Of a DNA stretch of 124,000 nt, positions 75,531-89,368 are shown piece after piece. The notes under the pieces are model-generated. The model was given only the letters and a program-made list of their open reading frames with translations. It was not told where the DNA came from and did no database searches. The stretch spans positions 144,001 through 268,000 of the forward strand of contig NW_008806281.1 in assembly GCF_000400465.1 (NCBI RefSeq), in the 5' to 3' direction. Position 1 is the first letter of the stretch. Each line of letters starts with the position of its first letter. The position numbers and the translations under genes were made by a program. The DNA comes from Wallemia ichthyophaga EXF-994 (lineage: Eukaryota; Fungi; Basidiomycota).

Positions 75531-76708
75531 TTATATTCTCTGTCTCGATGTATATGTCTCCATTCCACTGCTCTTATCTGTCTGGCTGCGACAGAACTTG
75601 AGTACCAGCCGCTCTAGCTCCTTGCTGTCTCCGAGGTCTTGAATAAAGGGTATGAGATCAGCAGCAAACCATTTGCCACGCATCTTGAACAACTCCTGGA
75701 ATCGTGTAGACGGTGCTTTGGAGAGGGAGGAAGAGGTGAAAAACTTGACTCTACCTGCTTCTATGAGGTAGGAGCCTTTGAGAAGGTCTAGTGAGCAGTA
75801 CGATGACAGCTCGTAGCCCACTCTTTCTTTCCAGTCGTCGATGAATGTTTCGAAAGGCGTGGGGTGTTTGTGAGTCTTCAAAATGCACACGCCCATCTCC
75901 TTGACAAATGCGTTTATATCGAGCGATGTAGGAGTGCTCATAAACCAGTCCATGACAGTATCTGTGTATTGTTTATCTACGTTGTGCTCCTCGTGTACCT
76001 TCTCCACCACCCTCTGTTTGTCCAAGTTAGTCATGGACATTCCCAGCAACTCGAGTGTATTCGCTATGAGATCGAGAGTGCGCATCAGGCATTCAGCATC
76101 TACCGGTCTGTACTCTCCGTTGTAGTGCACTATCTTGCGTGCTGTCAGAGCGTGTCTCATTTCCTCATCACTCGCTTGGATCGAGCTGCTCAAACGCTTG
76201 TAATCATATCGCAGGCTGCTATCGACGTCTCTATCTTTGTCTGTCTGTGTAGAGTGTGTTAGTGGCGGTCTTACTAGCTCATCCCGTCCTACACACATTA
76301 GACTCAGTTGGATCGAGTAAAACGCGATGTGAGAGTATTTGATCGAGTTTGTCCATATTTGGTATACACTTGTGTGTTTCGAGTATTTCATGGAATGTGT
76401 TTACTATGTGTGTATCGTGTGTATCGTGTGTATCGTGTGTATCGCGTTCAAGCAGCGTCAGGCTGTTGGAATGCATTCTATTCTTCAGCAGGTAAGTATT
76501 AGAGTTGCTACATAACACAGCATCCTCATCTCCGTCGCCTTTGAATTCCAAACTAAACGAGAAGTACGGTGAGTGATATAGCCAGCCAAAAACCACGCGA
76601 CACGCACACTTGTTGCTTTTCTAGCGCCTCCACCAGCTCATTATCTAATTCGAGTAGCTTGAACTCATTTTTATTCTTATCATTTAATCCCGTTGATATC
76701 CTTATCAT
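75531..76708 (-). CDS. DCC1: Sister chromatid cohesion protein Dcc1
   Basis: FKLLEL...L, KG....DAVLC...TY.L.....SN.L.L, IQAS..E, RF..LF..R.KW....L.PFI.DL. Confidence 0.88.
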
Positions 76709-76731
76709 TTTGAGTGTTTCCTTCAAGCCCC

Positions 76732-77976
76732 ATGCAACAGCCACCTCAGCGTAGAATATTTACAGAGAACGATTTACACCTGTGGTGCACATCGAAGGCA
76801 TACACTGGATTGACTGCGTTTATTGTCGAGCTCAATGAAGCTGTGGTGGATAAGTCCATGGATTTGGACAGCACTGGGAAATCAGAACTAGATTCAGAAT
76901 CAGATAGCCCGATTAACAACCTACTCTCCCTCATCCAAACTACCGATAGCTGGATCGATGACATAACTCCAGTTGACAGCCCACAGCGATTCGGTAATAC
77001 GGCTTTCAGGGACTGGGGAAGGAGGTTGGAAGAGGTGAGTGTATGTATTTAATACTTAATAATCTAATTGTACCATCCACCACCAAAGAACGCAGCTCAA
77101 ATGTTAACTCCGCTACTTCCAAACAATAACCACACAGACGCACTAAACCAGATAACGCCCACCCTCCTAAATGCTTTCGGGTCTTTTGTCCGAATAGACT
77201 ATGGTACCGGCCACGAGTTATCATTCATCGTCGTCCTATACATGCTGAGACAAATCGGAGTGCTGAACTCGACGCACAACTATGAGCTAATCGCCAAAGT
77301 ATTTGTCAACTACTGGAAAACAGTAACACGTCTTCAAATCACCTACAAACTTGAACCAGCAGGCAGCCACGGCGTGTGGGGATTAGACGACTACTGTTTC
77401 ATGCCCTACATCTTCGGTTCGGCGCAGATAAGGAGCACTGACACGCCACCTTCCCGTCTCTTCCACCAGACAGACGCTTTCCCTGATACACACACCAATC
77501 TTTACGCCCGCGCTGTGTCCAATATACACCAATTCAAGAGCGGTCCGTGGCACGAACACTCGCCGCAGCTCTACAGCATCGCTCACACCGTCCCTAATTG
77601 GTTTAAAGTCAACAAAGGTTTATTTAAAATGTTCGATGCGGAGGTGTTGAAGAAGAGGGTCGTTGTCCAGCATTTGCTCTTCAGCTATCTCTTCCCTTTC
77701 GATAGTGATCCTGCGGCACAGCAAATCGATCACGGTGGGCTGCCTCTGTCGAGTGGGAGTGGTACTGGCACTAGCACTGGTATATCTACCGCTAGATTGC
77801 AGCACCAGCAAAATCACCAAACTCACAACCCTACACCCCGCTCACCTCACTCTGATACCCTCCTCCCTCCTCTTCTGTCGAGGAGCGAGAGGAAGAAACA
77901 GAAGGATACACTCGCTTCTTCCGGTTCTGCTGCTGCTTCTACGTCTCCATTCGGGGTGTTATCGAAACCATCTTGA
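76732..77976 (+). CDS. RRD1: PP2A activator PTPA
   Basis: QRFGN.AFR.W, FGS..RIDYGTGHEL.F, Y.LEPAGSHGVWGLDDY.F.PYIFGS.Q, EVL.K..VVQH. Confidence 0.92.
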
Positions 77977-78219
77977 TACTGTACTTTTATCCATGTTCGC
78001 TCGTCTTTATGCTTTACAAGATTATGTCACTTGAGTCATTTATCTAAGTCTACGTCATTTCGCACTTATAAGGATAATTTCTAATTTTACAAGGACATAG
78101 AATGGTAACCGCAATACTTGTCCATCCGAAAAGGAAAGGGAAGATGCGTTGGTATTTAATAGCTCCACGTGAATTCCCGCGAAACAGTCAATTGGTGTTA
78201 ATGTGATGTTCTTCTGATA

Positions 78220-78850
78220 TTACTGCTTCTGCTTCTGCTGCTGCTGCTGCTGCTGCTCTTGCATTTTCTCCTTCAAGGCTATCAAATCGTCGCGCTCATC
78301 GAGGTACCTCTGACAAGCATCCTTGAGTGACGCTGTACCAGTATCGATAGCATCCCAATTATCACGCAGCGAGGATATTTCGTCTTCTAACAAGCTCACT
78401 TTATTCAAAATATCTTCATGTACTTGCAACTCGCTGTTTAGTTTCTGTAGATGATTCTGATACTTTGATTCGTGTTCATTATCGATAGACTTCTCAATCT
78501 GCTCAAACCATTCGAGGTATTGCTGTGGAGTAGTGATGATTTCATTCTGCGTCTGATTATGCTCATTCTGAGGCGTGCCAGGTACTTCAAAGGGAGTGTT
78601 CAGATTTGGTGTTGCGCTTTTACTGATTTGCGATTTGTTCAGCTGACAAAGTAAACTAAGCAAATACTCTCCAACAAATCCCCACACTCACGCTTAGCTT
78701 TATCGGCAACGGTCGCTCGTATTCCGCACTGGCATTGGATAACACACTTAGGCTTTTGTTGGCTGTCGTGCTCAGCGGTGACTTGGATTCCCAAGCGTCG
78801 AGCGTCAGTGTGAGCGTCTTTGATGGTTTTTGCGTCGATTGCATCATCGC
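78220..78850 (-). CDS. COG3: COG3 (Sec34) N-terminal fragment only
   Basis: TLDAWESKSPL...RPLP.K|...ITTPQQYLEWF..IE..I..E.E.KY, ..T.SL..AC..L..E. Stops at a polyQ/K tail 240 bp from the convergent RRD1 stop. Confidence 0.65.
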
Positions 78851-78927
78851 TGGACGGTTGTTGAACGTTGGCTGGTGAGTGGCTAAATTGAGGTACAGCA
78901 TCAATTTGCACACTCATCACAGTTAAT

Positions 78928-80503
78928 ATGGTGGTGAATGCATTCTTGCTGCTCCAATTGCTCGGCATAGCTTTCGCCTTCAACTCAACCTCAAACTCAC
79001 TCACCTACCAACAGCGCACGGCTATAGCACCAAATGGAGTCAACGTTGCGTTCAACTCACCTGGAAACAACACTCAATACACTCCATCTGTTTACTACAG
79101 TACAAATGCTACAAATATCACAGAAAATGCCTCTGGGGAGAGTTTAATGTATAACACTGCTCTTTCCACTACGCATAAAGTGGGTCTCAGAAACCTGACG
79201 TCAGACTGCACATATTACTACCAAACATGTCTAAACGTCGATGGCGAGTGCGCGCGTTCAGAGGTGCTTTCTTTCAAATCGGCAGTCTCGCCTGGATTGA
79301 CTGGAGAAGAGTTCAAATTTGCTGTCTTAGGTGACATGGGTGTGATGGGACCGCTTGGTGGGTGCAGCAGATGTAGCAAGTGTAACAAGGTCAATCCTCT
79401 AACACGCACCCAGGTCTATCCACAGAAGCACCCTCTAAAGTCGACGATTTCGCTCGACTTGACCAAGGAGAGCGCTCAACGATGAAGGCTCTCATAGAAA
79501 ATAAAGACAAGTATCAACTCATCATACACAACGGGGACCACGCCTATGCCGACGATGTAGGCAAGGTGAGTGGAACGTATGTGTAAAATTTGCACCTCAG
79601 ACCAGCTCGCGACAGGAAATTACCGATGGATACATCTCAAATGCCCTTAATGACTCGCTTCTTGAGCAGATGAGTGAGACATACGAGCTCATTCTCGAGA
79701 TTTACTTCAACCAGACATCGCAGTTCGCTAGAAGCACTCCTTACATGGTAGGCCCGGGGAACCACGAGCAGCTGTTGACGGAAGGTCATAACTACACAGA
79801 TCCATGGACCAACGAACCTATCCTAGTTGACGACATTCCTAACGGACAGCGCAACTTTACTTTTTACAACAACCGCTTCTTTATGCCCTGTGAGAGTGGA
79901 GAATTGTGCAATTTCTGGTGGAGTGTCGAGGCAGGTCCAATGAAATTCATCCAACTCAACACGGAAACCGACCTGAAAGCTGGCATACCTCCAGTGGATA
80001 TCACACAAGATCCAGAGCAAAATAACCTCGCTGAACCTAATGCTCAAATTGAATTTTTGGAGAAGGAGCTCAACAGTACCGACAGATCAATCACGCCGTG
80101 GTTGATAGTAGGCGGACATAGACCGTGGTATGGCACATCGCCAGACTGTCCCGGATGTAAGGAATCTTTCGAAGAGCTGCTGGTCAAGTATGATGTGGAT
80201 CTCGTCATGCACGGCCATGTACATCTCTACGAGCGTTTGGCTCCTATCTCAAATGGGACAGTCGATAAAAAGGGTCTTGACAATCCAACTTCCCCTTGGT
80301 ATATAATCAATGGCGCGGCTGGCCATTACGATGGATTGGACGATATGCCAGAGGATGTTTCACCACAGTCTAGAAACATTATTCAGGGCGAATTTGGATA
80401 TGATGAGATCACGATTCATAATCGTACCCATCTCACACATTCATTCATCGTTTCGAAGAATGACACCCTTCTCGACACGCAAACCCTTTACAAATCACAT
80501 TAG
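78928..80503 (+). CDS. Secreted purple acid phosphatase-family metallophosphoesterase
   Basis: Signal peptide, FN3-like domain, GDMG, H.GD.AYAD, GPGNHE, GHRPWY, GHVHLYER. Confidence 0.92.
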
Positions 80504-80890
80504 ATTGCTAAAGTATCATGGATTAAGATTTTCACCTGTTTCTTACTTTTATCTCTTTTGTAAATGTACCTTAATCTACACACAAACGCGAATCATAAAC
80601 AAAGGTGAATCCAATAGTAGATAACAAAGAATTAAGTAGACTGAGCAATTAAATAGTGAGTTGTGTCAACGGGTATGAGAAAGTGGATGTACAGATGTTG
80701 AGTGCTACGATGTCGTAAGTGTATTAAAAAGTAGTGTAAGCTCGGCCATCTCTTTCTTGCGGATTCGAGTTAATATAAATAGAGTAGTGTAGTGTAGTTA
80801 GTATATATATATATATATATATATATGGATGTGAAATTGCTCATTAGGTATTCGCATACCATTAATTAATCGCCTTTACTATATCTGATC

Positions 80891-82937
80891 CTACTGCTGT
80901 TCCTCTTCAACAAAGATAGCAGCGTAATTCTCGAGAATAGTTTCAATTGCCTTGCACTGGTATTGCATATCAGCCAAAGCAGTGCCCTTGGCCTGTTCCT
81001 CTGGAGGTGGATTGAGAAGAGTAGGCCCAAAGACAATAGCAAGGTTAGATGTATGCATCGAGTTGATCTCATGCAGGTCCTTAACTTTATCCAAATGACC
81101 CATCAGATATTTGAGAGTGGAGTAGTTGCAATCCGGGAGTTGGTTGACCGTCTCATGCAGCTTGATGTGCCTCAGCCTGTCGTTCTCCACCTTGGCGGCT
81201 TCGACGAATTGTGCGTAAAGTTGATACGTCAGAAGAGGCTCAGGAAGCTCCCTGAACCACTGCTTAACAACACTCGCAACTACGTTAATATCCATAGCTT
81301 CTTCCTCTTGGAAGAGGTCTATGCCACCCACATCCTGGTCAATCTTTGCCTTGAGTGATTGGACTTTTGATGTTGTACCAGACAACCTGTATATACCCTG
81401 GCTGTCTAATCCTTGAGCTTCGATGATGTTGCTACATTTATCGACAATTAGAGGTATCTCTACATCATCTCTCACCATCTGCTCCGTCAAATCGACACCA
81501 AATGTCTTTCTAGATGAAAATGAAGGCAGCGAGGCGGTAGCAGCTTTCGGTGTTTGATTTTGAGAGTGTGATGCTGTTGGTATGCGGGCGTAAGATTGTG
81601 AAGGAGAGAATGACTTTGCTTGACTTTCGTAATCGGGACCATGCTTGGCAGGACCGGTTGTTTTTGGTTGAGAAATGGAATAGTTCTGCATGAAAGTCTT
81701 GAAGTCTTTCTGGTTGTCGATACCTTCAACCAAGGCTCTTAAACCGGGACCGTCTTCTTTTGCTAGAGGAGTGACAGTGACACCTTCGTTGAGGAGGGAG
81801 TTCTCTAATAAGAAAGCATAGCGTTCCAAATGATATTGAACACCTAAGTCAATCTCGTCGGAGCATTCCTTTAATGTTCTCACTATACGTGGCATGTAGA
81901 TCTCCCAATACTCTGAACGCAGACTAGAACTCTCCTGGGCATGTCGTTTGAAAGAATCGCTAGCTTGGGAGATTCTGTTGCGGATATCCTCCTCTTGCTT
82001 GAGTATGTGTGCAGGGTTACGACCTCTAAAGAAACCAGCACCTTTCCGCATTTTAGAGAAGCCACCTTTCTTATCGCTGTGTACAGAGGATTGAGAAGAG
82101 CCAGCATTTGCATTTGCGGCACGTGATATAGAACCCTCTTTAAGACTTTCGCCTTCTTTAATGATGAGAACGCGTTCTAATTCTTCAGCTACAGCGTCGA
82201 AACGGTGTTTGCTCTGGAATATGATGTGAGCGGAAGATTAAATTTAGAAAGGAACAAACTTTTTCGGTATTAGCTTCAGCTTCTTGTAGAAATTTTTCGT
82301 GTTTGTTTCCATAATCTTTTGCGTGCTTACGGCTTTTATCAACTTGTCTGTGAAGTTGAGATAGTTCATCTGAGATTTCATTGAGACGTGTAGCTAATCT
82401 AAGCTTGCCTTCACCGATAGACTCATGTAAGCGCATAATCGAGTGAAAAGAGTTGACAAATGAACCAGCTTTTGCCTCAGTTGAGCTATAAATTTCTGAC
82501 GTGGATTTACCAAGTTTAATCAATTGATTTCCATAGTCCTCTTCGATTTTGGACTTTCTTTTAAGGAAAGTGGAAGATTCTTTGCAGCTAATCATTGATT
82601 GCTTTATGCGTTCGAGGATAAGTGGAATCCCACATTCCAATTCACAAAGAGAGTTGTAAACGTTGTCATCGAAGCTTGTGGGTACTATATCACCTGGGAA
82701 TGTATTTCCATGCACCCCGCCAACACCGTTGAATGGTTCTTCGATTGATTCACTCAGTGGTGTTGGTGGTGTACCTAGAGAAGCGCCATCTGGGAGACTT
82801 GGGAGGGTGTGATTGATGTTTGGGTGTGTGGGTGTATGTGTCTGTGCCTGCGTCTCTGTCTGTGCCCTTGTCTGCGGCTGTGTCTCCGTGTGCAATTCCC
82901 CCGGCGTCTCCCGCTGCGGCTGTAAAGGGTTTTCCAT
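80891..82937 (-). CDS. RGD1: F-BAR + RhoGAP protein
   Basis: RIKQSM.SCKE...FLK....IE..YG; FGVDL..Q..RD..EIP.IV.KC...IE..GL...GIYRLSG; M...NLAIVFGPTL. Confidence 0.9.
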
Positions 82938-82989
82938 TGCTTATTAGATGATGTTTATTAGATGATGGCTGTTACAAATCAAGGAGGGT

Positions 82990-85298
82990 TTGGCCAGGTT
83001 CAACACCAACGACCACCAACCAATGGAAATAAAATTAAAGCCATTTGGTATAAAATCTGGAGAAATAGACAAATTTAAATTATCCAATAGATTTATTTCT
83101 AATAATCAAAGTACAAATAATGAGATTATTTTAAATATCAACTCGTTTGAGCGTCTTAACCAGCTTGAGCATGATAGATTGATCTATTTCGCGTGTCATG
83201 ACCCACTTGACCAACAAAATAGATCCCTTATTCACGCTGTTTATCCTATTTTCACTTCCTTACAACGCATACAAGATTTAAACCAATCAAATCTATCAAC
83301 TTACTCAAGATTTTCATCTTTATTCAAATCCACCTTGAACCAGCACTTGGATCATTGCAGTCCAACCAATCTACTCCACTCAGCTAATGTTTACGCTATT
83401 TGGTCCTTCTCTCATCTCCTCTATTTCCCTATCGATGGTCGTGGTGAAGGCATCGTCGCAGAAGAAATTCTAGATTGGATAAACACTATCGATATAGCTC
83501 CCACAACCGAAGAAGGCTTGGAGATTACCTCTTCAAATACCCCTCACCTTCATCACAACTTCTGGCCTTACATTTACAAATCCATTATTAGAGGTTTCCA
83601 TAAAACTGCAACACAGCCCCTTCACTCTTTACTCTCTCACCCAACTAAATCCATCAGCTCCACCGCTGAACGTCTCATTTCCCTTTTATACACCTTCCCT
83701 CGCTCGACCACCTACCAATTCGAACTTGATTACTTGGCTGCACATAGATCTTGGAGAGATGAAGCTAAACGAAGCTTATCTAGTATCGCCGATTTGTCTC
83801 AATATGCTGACGAATTTACAAAATACGTCTTTGATGACATCACCCTAGCTCTTCAACTTCTCTGTGGAAAGAAGGACAAAATCTTCCAAGTTGCAGACGA
83901 TTGGAGGGAGTGCCTCGCTGCTTTCGGCTTGTTTGTCGTTCCTTCCCTCCGCCGTGACGATATCCCGAGCGTTATTGATGAAATTTTCAACCAACTCCCC
84001 CTCGACACCACTCTCCCCGATCAGTGTATAGAAGCTGCTCTTGCTACTGCCGACACCACTAAAGTGAGTTGCATTATTTAATTGCGGCAAACCTAATCAA
84101 ATTAACCAGGCCATCACTTTATCCAACGAATTCGATCCATGGCTTGTTGCACACTTGACTGATCTGCTCGACAAAATTGGCGCTGTCGATCACGATCCAC
84201 AGTGAGTGTTTGTCTACCCTCCAAATCGTCTAACCCGTGTTGTAGATTCCCACTATCTCTCAGACAGCACTTCCTACTTCAATACGCAGATAAACTCGCA
84301 TCGGACCCTGGACTATGGACTATAACACTCGACTACTACGCCCAATGTGGAGTCGAAGGCGCAAGTCGAGTGAGAGCGTTGATAGTGCGTGTACCTCTCC
84401 AGCTCGATGCGCGCAGCGATCGCGACAACAAGATGGACGCTGACAATGTCTTTGATATTTCAACCGACTTGCCCAACTTAACGAGAGTAGAGGAGATACT
84501 GTCCATCTGCCAAGAGTACGCTCTCGAAGAAGAAGCGTCGGAGGTTTGCAGGAACACGGCTGAGCAGTTGCTCGACAGAGGGTTCTATGGGCTCGCCGTA
84601 GCTTTCTGCATCAGAGCGAAAGAGGCGCGCAAGCTCGGTCGTATCACTGACCTCATCCTCGAGGAATACATCACTCATGGCCAGACAGTCTTCAGCAATC
84701 TCGTCAACACTATCCCGACATCCCTCCTCAACGTGACGACGTCGTCTGCTGGTGGAATTGCCGATGGTGGAGATAGTGGCGATATGGGCAGCTTGGAAAT
84801 AGAGAATGATGGCACTCAGGATGCTTCGGCTCGCGCTCTAGCCAGAGATCCTGCCGTTTCATCGCGATTGGCTTTCCTAGCGCGCTACAAAGAGTTCCAT
84901 AGTCACCTGAAAACTAATAATAGAGAAAACGCGGCTGTTTTACTTGTTGAGATGCTTTCCACTGAGATGGCTCCAAGACGTTTCTGGAGTGTTTTGTTGG
85001 CTGACGCACTCCCACTGCTAGAATGTGAGTTATTTCCCTCCTTCTCATCACAATTTGGCTCACATCTGCAGACTCTGAAATACTCTTCACTACGGAAGAA
85101 GCGTATGAGTTATTGAGGATATTGGAGGACGTGCATACTGGCGTGCGCGCTAACAGCGAGAGAGAATATTTAGATCCATTGGCTCGTCTGCTTGCTAAAG
85201 ATGGCACACCATCGTACCATCGCGCATTATCTGAGTTGGAAGTCGTTAGGCTAGCACTGGCGAGATACATAGCCAAATGCTGTGTATTGGTTGAATAG
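82990..85298 (+). CDS. NUP85: Nucleoporin Nup85 (multi-exon)
   Basis: H.NFW.YI...IIRG, W.E...A.....PSL, D.WL.AHL.DLL, L.YA..L......W.....Y...CG, L.FLA.Y.EF. Confidence 0.75.
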
Positions 85299-85425
85299 AA
85301 TGTAATATATTATTTATAACTCGTTTAGCTTGTTTGCTGGAAATATTGTTACAATGCTTGTTGCTCAGTGGTAATAATGATAAAATGCCCTTGCTACTTT
85401 AGTTTATTTTAGTTAAATTGTCGAC

Positions 85426-87456
85426 TTAGACATTCTCAAGTGTCTTGTGCCATTCTATAACTCGTCTATGAGCCATAACCTTGTCAGGCTTGAAACCTAG
85501 TATCTGTAGTCCATCCAACGAGGTAGCACGAGAGATAGCGACGTAACATTGACCTCTTTCGAAAATAGATGACAAATCGACTTTGACTCTCTCGAGCGTC
85601 TGACCTTGTGATTTGTGTATCGACATTGACCAAGCCAAGATGAGCGGAACTTGATTTCTACTTGCTTCAATCTTTCCATTAACGCCCTCTGTTCTCCATA
85701 CATCTGGAACACACAGCAATTCTCTGTATCCGCCATTTGGGAGCAAGAAGTGTACAAGAGGGTAAGCAGTTCCTTGATCTTTTTTTGTTGGCTGTCCACT
85801 GACTTGGGGATCCCCTTTCCTTGCGCCCAAAGCAGCTGAACGAGCTTTATGCACGCTATCATCGTACTCTTCATCCTCCTCTAATCTTTTACTTGCTTCA
85901 CCACGCGTGTATCTTACAGCATCAATAAAATCTATGACCCTTCCTAGTGAGCCATTCACTAACGTTTCGTCAATGTTCTTAATTAGCATTACTTGACAAC
86001 CGAGTTTGATATGCAGCTGTTTCGGTGCCATGAAGTTGGACAAGACCTTGTCACGCTGATCGACAGGCAGCTCGCCCGAGTCTAATGCACTGAATGTTTT
86101 TGTTTCACCTTCAAGTTGATTCATTCTGCCATTGTTCGATTGATCGACTTGCTGACGCAGCGGGTAGAGCTCAGTCGGCTGAATTTGATCAGCAAATACC
86201 AGTGGTCTTGAAAGACTCTTGAATATTCTAATCGAGTTGTCTGAAAGCTTCCCGAAACGCATCTCGTTAAGCATATTGATGAACGTCTCATCTCTCTGAC
86301 GGAACACTTGGCGGAGGTTGATTGTATGTGCAATGACACGCGTCCAGGATTCAGCGTCAAAGCAGAAATTTGGTGCTGAACCTTTACTAACGGGTGGAAG
86401 TTGAAAGAAATCACCACAAACGACAATCTGAATATTTCCGAAAGGTTCAGGACGTTTACGGATGTTCCTTGCTAACCCTTCAAGCTTGTCGAATAGTTCA
86501 CCATCAACCATGGATACTTGAAATTTGTGAGTAAATGGAGTCACATTGTGAAAAAACCTCCACACACCTTCATCAATGATGAGTACCTTAACTCTAGTCC
86601 ACCGTTTCAATGCTTTTGGGTTACGTTTGACTTTCTGCGTGAGAGCGTTGACGTTCTCATTACACAAACCACATCCTGTGAAGGAATGCAGAGTTGTACC
86701 ACCGATGTTACACGCCGCAATACCAGTGGAAGCAGTAACAGCAACGCTTTCGGGGCCCTTTTTGAATTTCTTGCGCAGACTGGTTATAATTTCTCTGAGA
86801 AGGACGGATTTACCAGTACCTGCGGAACCGGTGAAGAAGACATTTTTAGATTCATCGACGACCATCTGCAAGACTTTCTGCTGTTCATTGGAGAGTCTAA
86901 GTTTGCGCTGTACGAGGGGTGCGGGAGTCGCAGATGAAGTTGGGTTGTTAACTTTAGCCACGTCTGGAGGGGGTTGATTGAATGATTTGGGATCATTGCT
87001 GTCCTTAGACTCCTTCGAAACCTTTGCATCCCTAGCGTCCCTACCATCCAGATCAGAATCGTTGAGTACAAAAGATCTCTTTTCTTGAATCGGCTTGAGC
87101 TTCTTTGGAGCGTGTTCTTGAGTCGGCGCGGATAACGCTGAACCAGTGGATGCATTGGAGAGTGCTGCCATTATAGCAGCACGTCGACGAGCAGCGCCGT
87201 CCGTAGCATTCTTTTGAGGCGCTGGCTTTTCTTCTTTTGAATCGTGATTGGCGTCGTCCCAGGAGCGCTTGAAGGACTGGAAACAAGGAAATTAGAAAGG
87301 ATTTGAGTGGATTACTGGCCATCTCACGTTCAGCTTCGAATCCGTGTTGGTTGCTTTGAGTGGGCCGCCCATAACGATGACACAATGATGGACGTATGCA
87401 AGCACAGCACGAGTAAGATAAGACAAGGGAAAAATAAATGTAAAAGTAAAAAGCAT
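85426..87456 (-). CDS. PIF1: Pif1 DNA helicase
   Basis: FFTGSAGTGKS, ASTGIAACNIGGTTLHSF, LIIDE|SMVD, GDFFQLPPV, VFRQ.D, Q.PL.LAW..SIHKSQGQTL, GQ.YVA.SR. Upstream exon MGGPLK...RWP, possibly with an earlier ATG for a mitochondrial isoform. Confidence 0.95.
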
Positions 87457-87557
87457 CTTCAGAGGTTTTAAACATGGAAAAGGTATACCATTCATTGCTC
87501 ATATTGCTCATATTGCTCATATTGCTCATATTACTCCTCTTGCTTATAATGCAGATA

Positions 87558-88193
87558 TTACTCCTCTTGCTCAGCCTTCTTTGCCCTCTCTGAAATGATC
87601 TTGGCACCCACATTTCTAACATTCTCCTCAGCGCGTTCAACACCAAGTGATTTAGCAGCTTTGTAGTTGTCTAGAGCGCTCTCCAGTTGCCCAGTTGCCT
87701 CACTGACGACGCCCAGATTAAAAGCGACTTCAGGGTCATCTGGGTTTACATCTCGTGCTTGAGTGAGGTACTCGAGTGCTTTAGCTGGGTTGGAAGGCGA
87801 TGACAGTATATGGGCAGAAGCGAGGTTCGATAGGAGGTCAGAGGTGGGCTCGATAGCCAGGCTTTTCTCCCAAGTGGCTATAGCGCCTTGAATGTCCTTG
87901 GTATAGAATTGAGTCACGCCCAAATTGAACAAACCCATAGCTGCAGTTTTTCCTTCCTTTTGTATATCAAGCGATCTTTGGTACTTTTCTTTGGCGCCTT
88001 CAACGTCACCCTCATTAAGTACTCTAGTGCCTTCCTCAATTTCATCAATAGCCTGTGCCTCTGGATCGAATGAATATCCAGATGCTTTGCGGATAGTGAG
88101 TGGAGTGAGTGGCTTGGAAAATGATTTCAAGGTAGGCTTGACGATGCTAGCACTCCTATTAATACTCCTCGCTAATCCTGCGAATCTAAACAT
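87558..88193 (-). CDS. Mitochondrial-presequence TPR protein
   Basis: Arg/Ser-rich N-terminus and three to four TPR-like repeats (FNLGV). Confidence 0.75.
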   Translation of the reverse strand: MFRFAGLARSINRSASIVKPTLKSFSKPLTPLTIRKASGYSFDPEAQAIDEIEEGTRVLNEGDVEGAKEKYQRSLDIQKEGKTAAMGLFNLGVTQFYTKDIQGAIATWEKSLAIEPTSDLLSNLASAHILSSPSNPAKALEYLTQARDVNPDDPEVAFNLGVVSEATGQLESALDNYKAAKSLGVERAEENVRNVGAKIISERAKKAEQEE

Positions 88194-88263
88194 TTTAGTT
88201 GAGATGAGCGTCGTCTTCTCCCTTCAACTTGAAATCCAATCAAAGAGGCAAATATATTGATTC

Positions 88264-89036
88264 ATGTGGCCATTCACCAAGCAAGACACTAGCAATTCTA
88301 CAGCTTCTGATTTGGCTCCAGACACCACCTTATCCAGCACACAGCCCATCAATACACAGCCCACCAACACCCGCACACAACCCACTGCCACTCAAGCCAC
88401 CTCTGCCCAGGATGTACTCTCAATTGACCCAACAACCCTCCATCCAATGGCAGACGTCGGCGATAAACTCGATTACCTCTTACTAGACGATGAAAAGCTG
88501 TCCGAGTTGCCTGGCTCGGAGACGGCGCTGCCTTCTCGTGGCTGGTCAGATGACCTCTGTTATGGCGTTGGTACTACTTATGTTTCTGGTCTCGGTCTTG
88601 GTGGTTTATGGGGTCTGAGAGAGGGTATGAATAAGAAACTCGCTGCGCCTGTAACGAGGTTGAGGGTGAACGCAATTCTCAACAGTTTGACCAAGCGTGG
88701 CTCATTTATTGCCAATTCTGGTGGTATCATTGGTCGGTGACAGTCTCTACCAATCGCAATTCTAACACTCCCACCAGCTATGGTTTACAACATGACAAAC
88801 TCCTCTCTCGACAGCATAAGAGGTAAGCACGACGTGCTAAATTCCATGGGCGCTGGTGCATTTTCGGGTGCTTTATTCAAATCCACGGGTGAGTTCGGAG
88901 TCTGAAACTATCGGTCTTATGAAACATCTGGCTTACGAATTATATTTCAGCCGGACTCAGACCAATGGCGATATCCGCAGGTATTTTATCCACAACCGCA
89001 GGTGGCTGGTCGTTGTTCAAGAGGAGTATTTTGTAA
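88264..89036 (+). CDS. TIM23: Mitochondrial inner-membrane translocase Tim23
   Basis: PSRGW.DDLCYG.GT.Y..GL.LGG.WG, LR.N.ILN..T.RG, GKHD..N...AGA..GA.FKS. Confidence 0.95.
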
Positions 89037-89368
89037 TGTTAATCAATTCTTACTTTCAACTATTTTTGTGTATGATACCTGTGACTTGTGTGCCTGGTGA
89101 AGTTTTTACCAGGGACTGAGCCAAGTTTCAGCTCAATATTACTGCGTCCTTTAATTACTTTGCTTTGAAACCCCTCAAGCACCGCCACCGATCAACTTGA
89201 GTTGCGCGCATCATCGTGCATAAATTGCGCTGTCCCAGCGTGTCGGTCCTCTCGTCTAATCAGATCAAAACGTACGAAACCAACTAAATCAGGGCAAAAA
89301 GTTTGAAACAGTAAATGATCTTCGGTTCGACGGGTTGTAAGTTTGTTGGCAACTTTCGCTCATCAGTC

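Noticed and set aside
87053-87646. 197-aa ORF as a separate gene or long PIF1 presequence
   Set aside because: It overlaps the 3' end of the TPR gene in another frame and is driven by a 9-bp repeat; PIF1's upstream exon is in a different frame.
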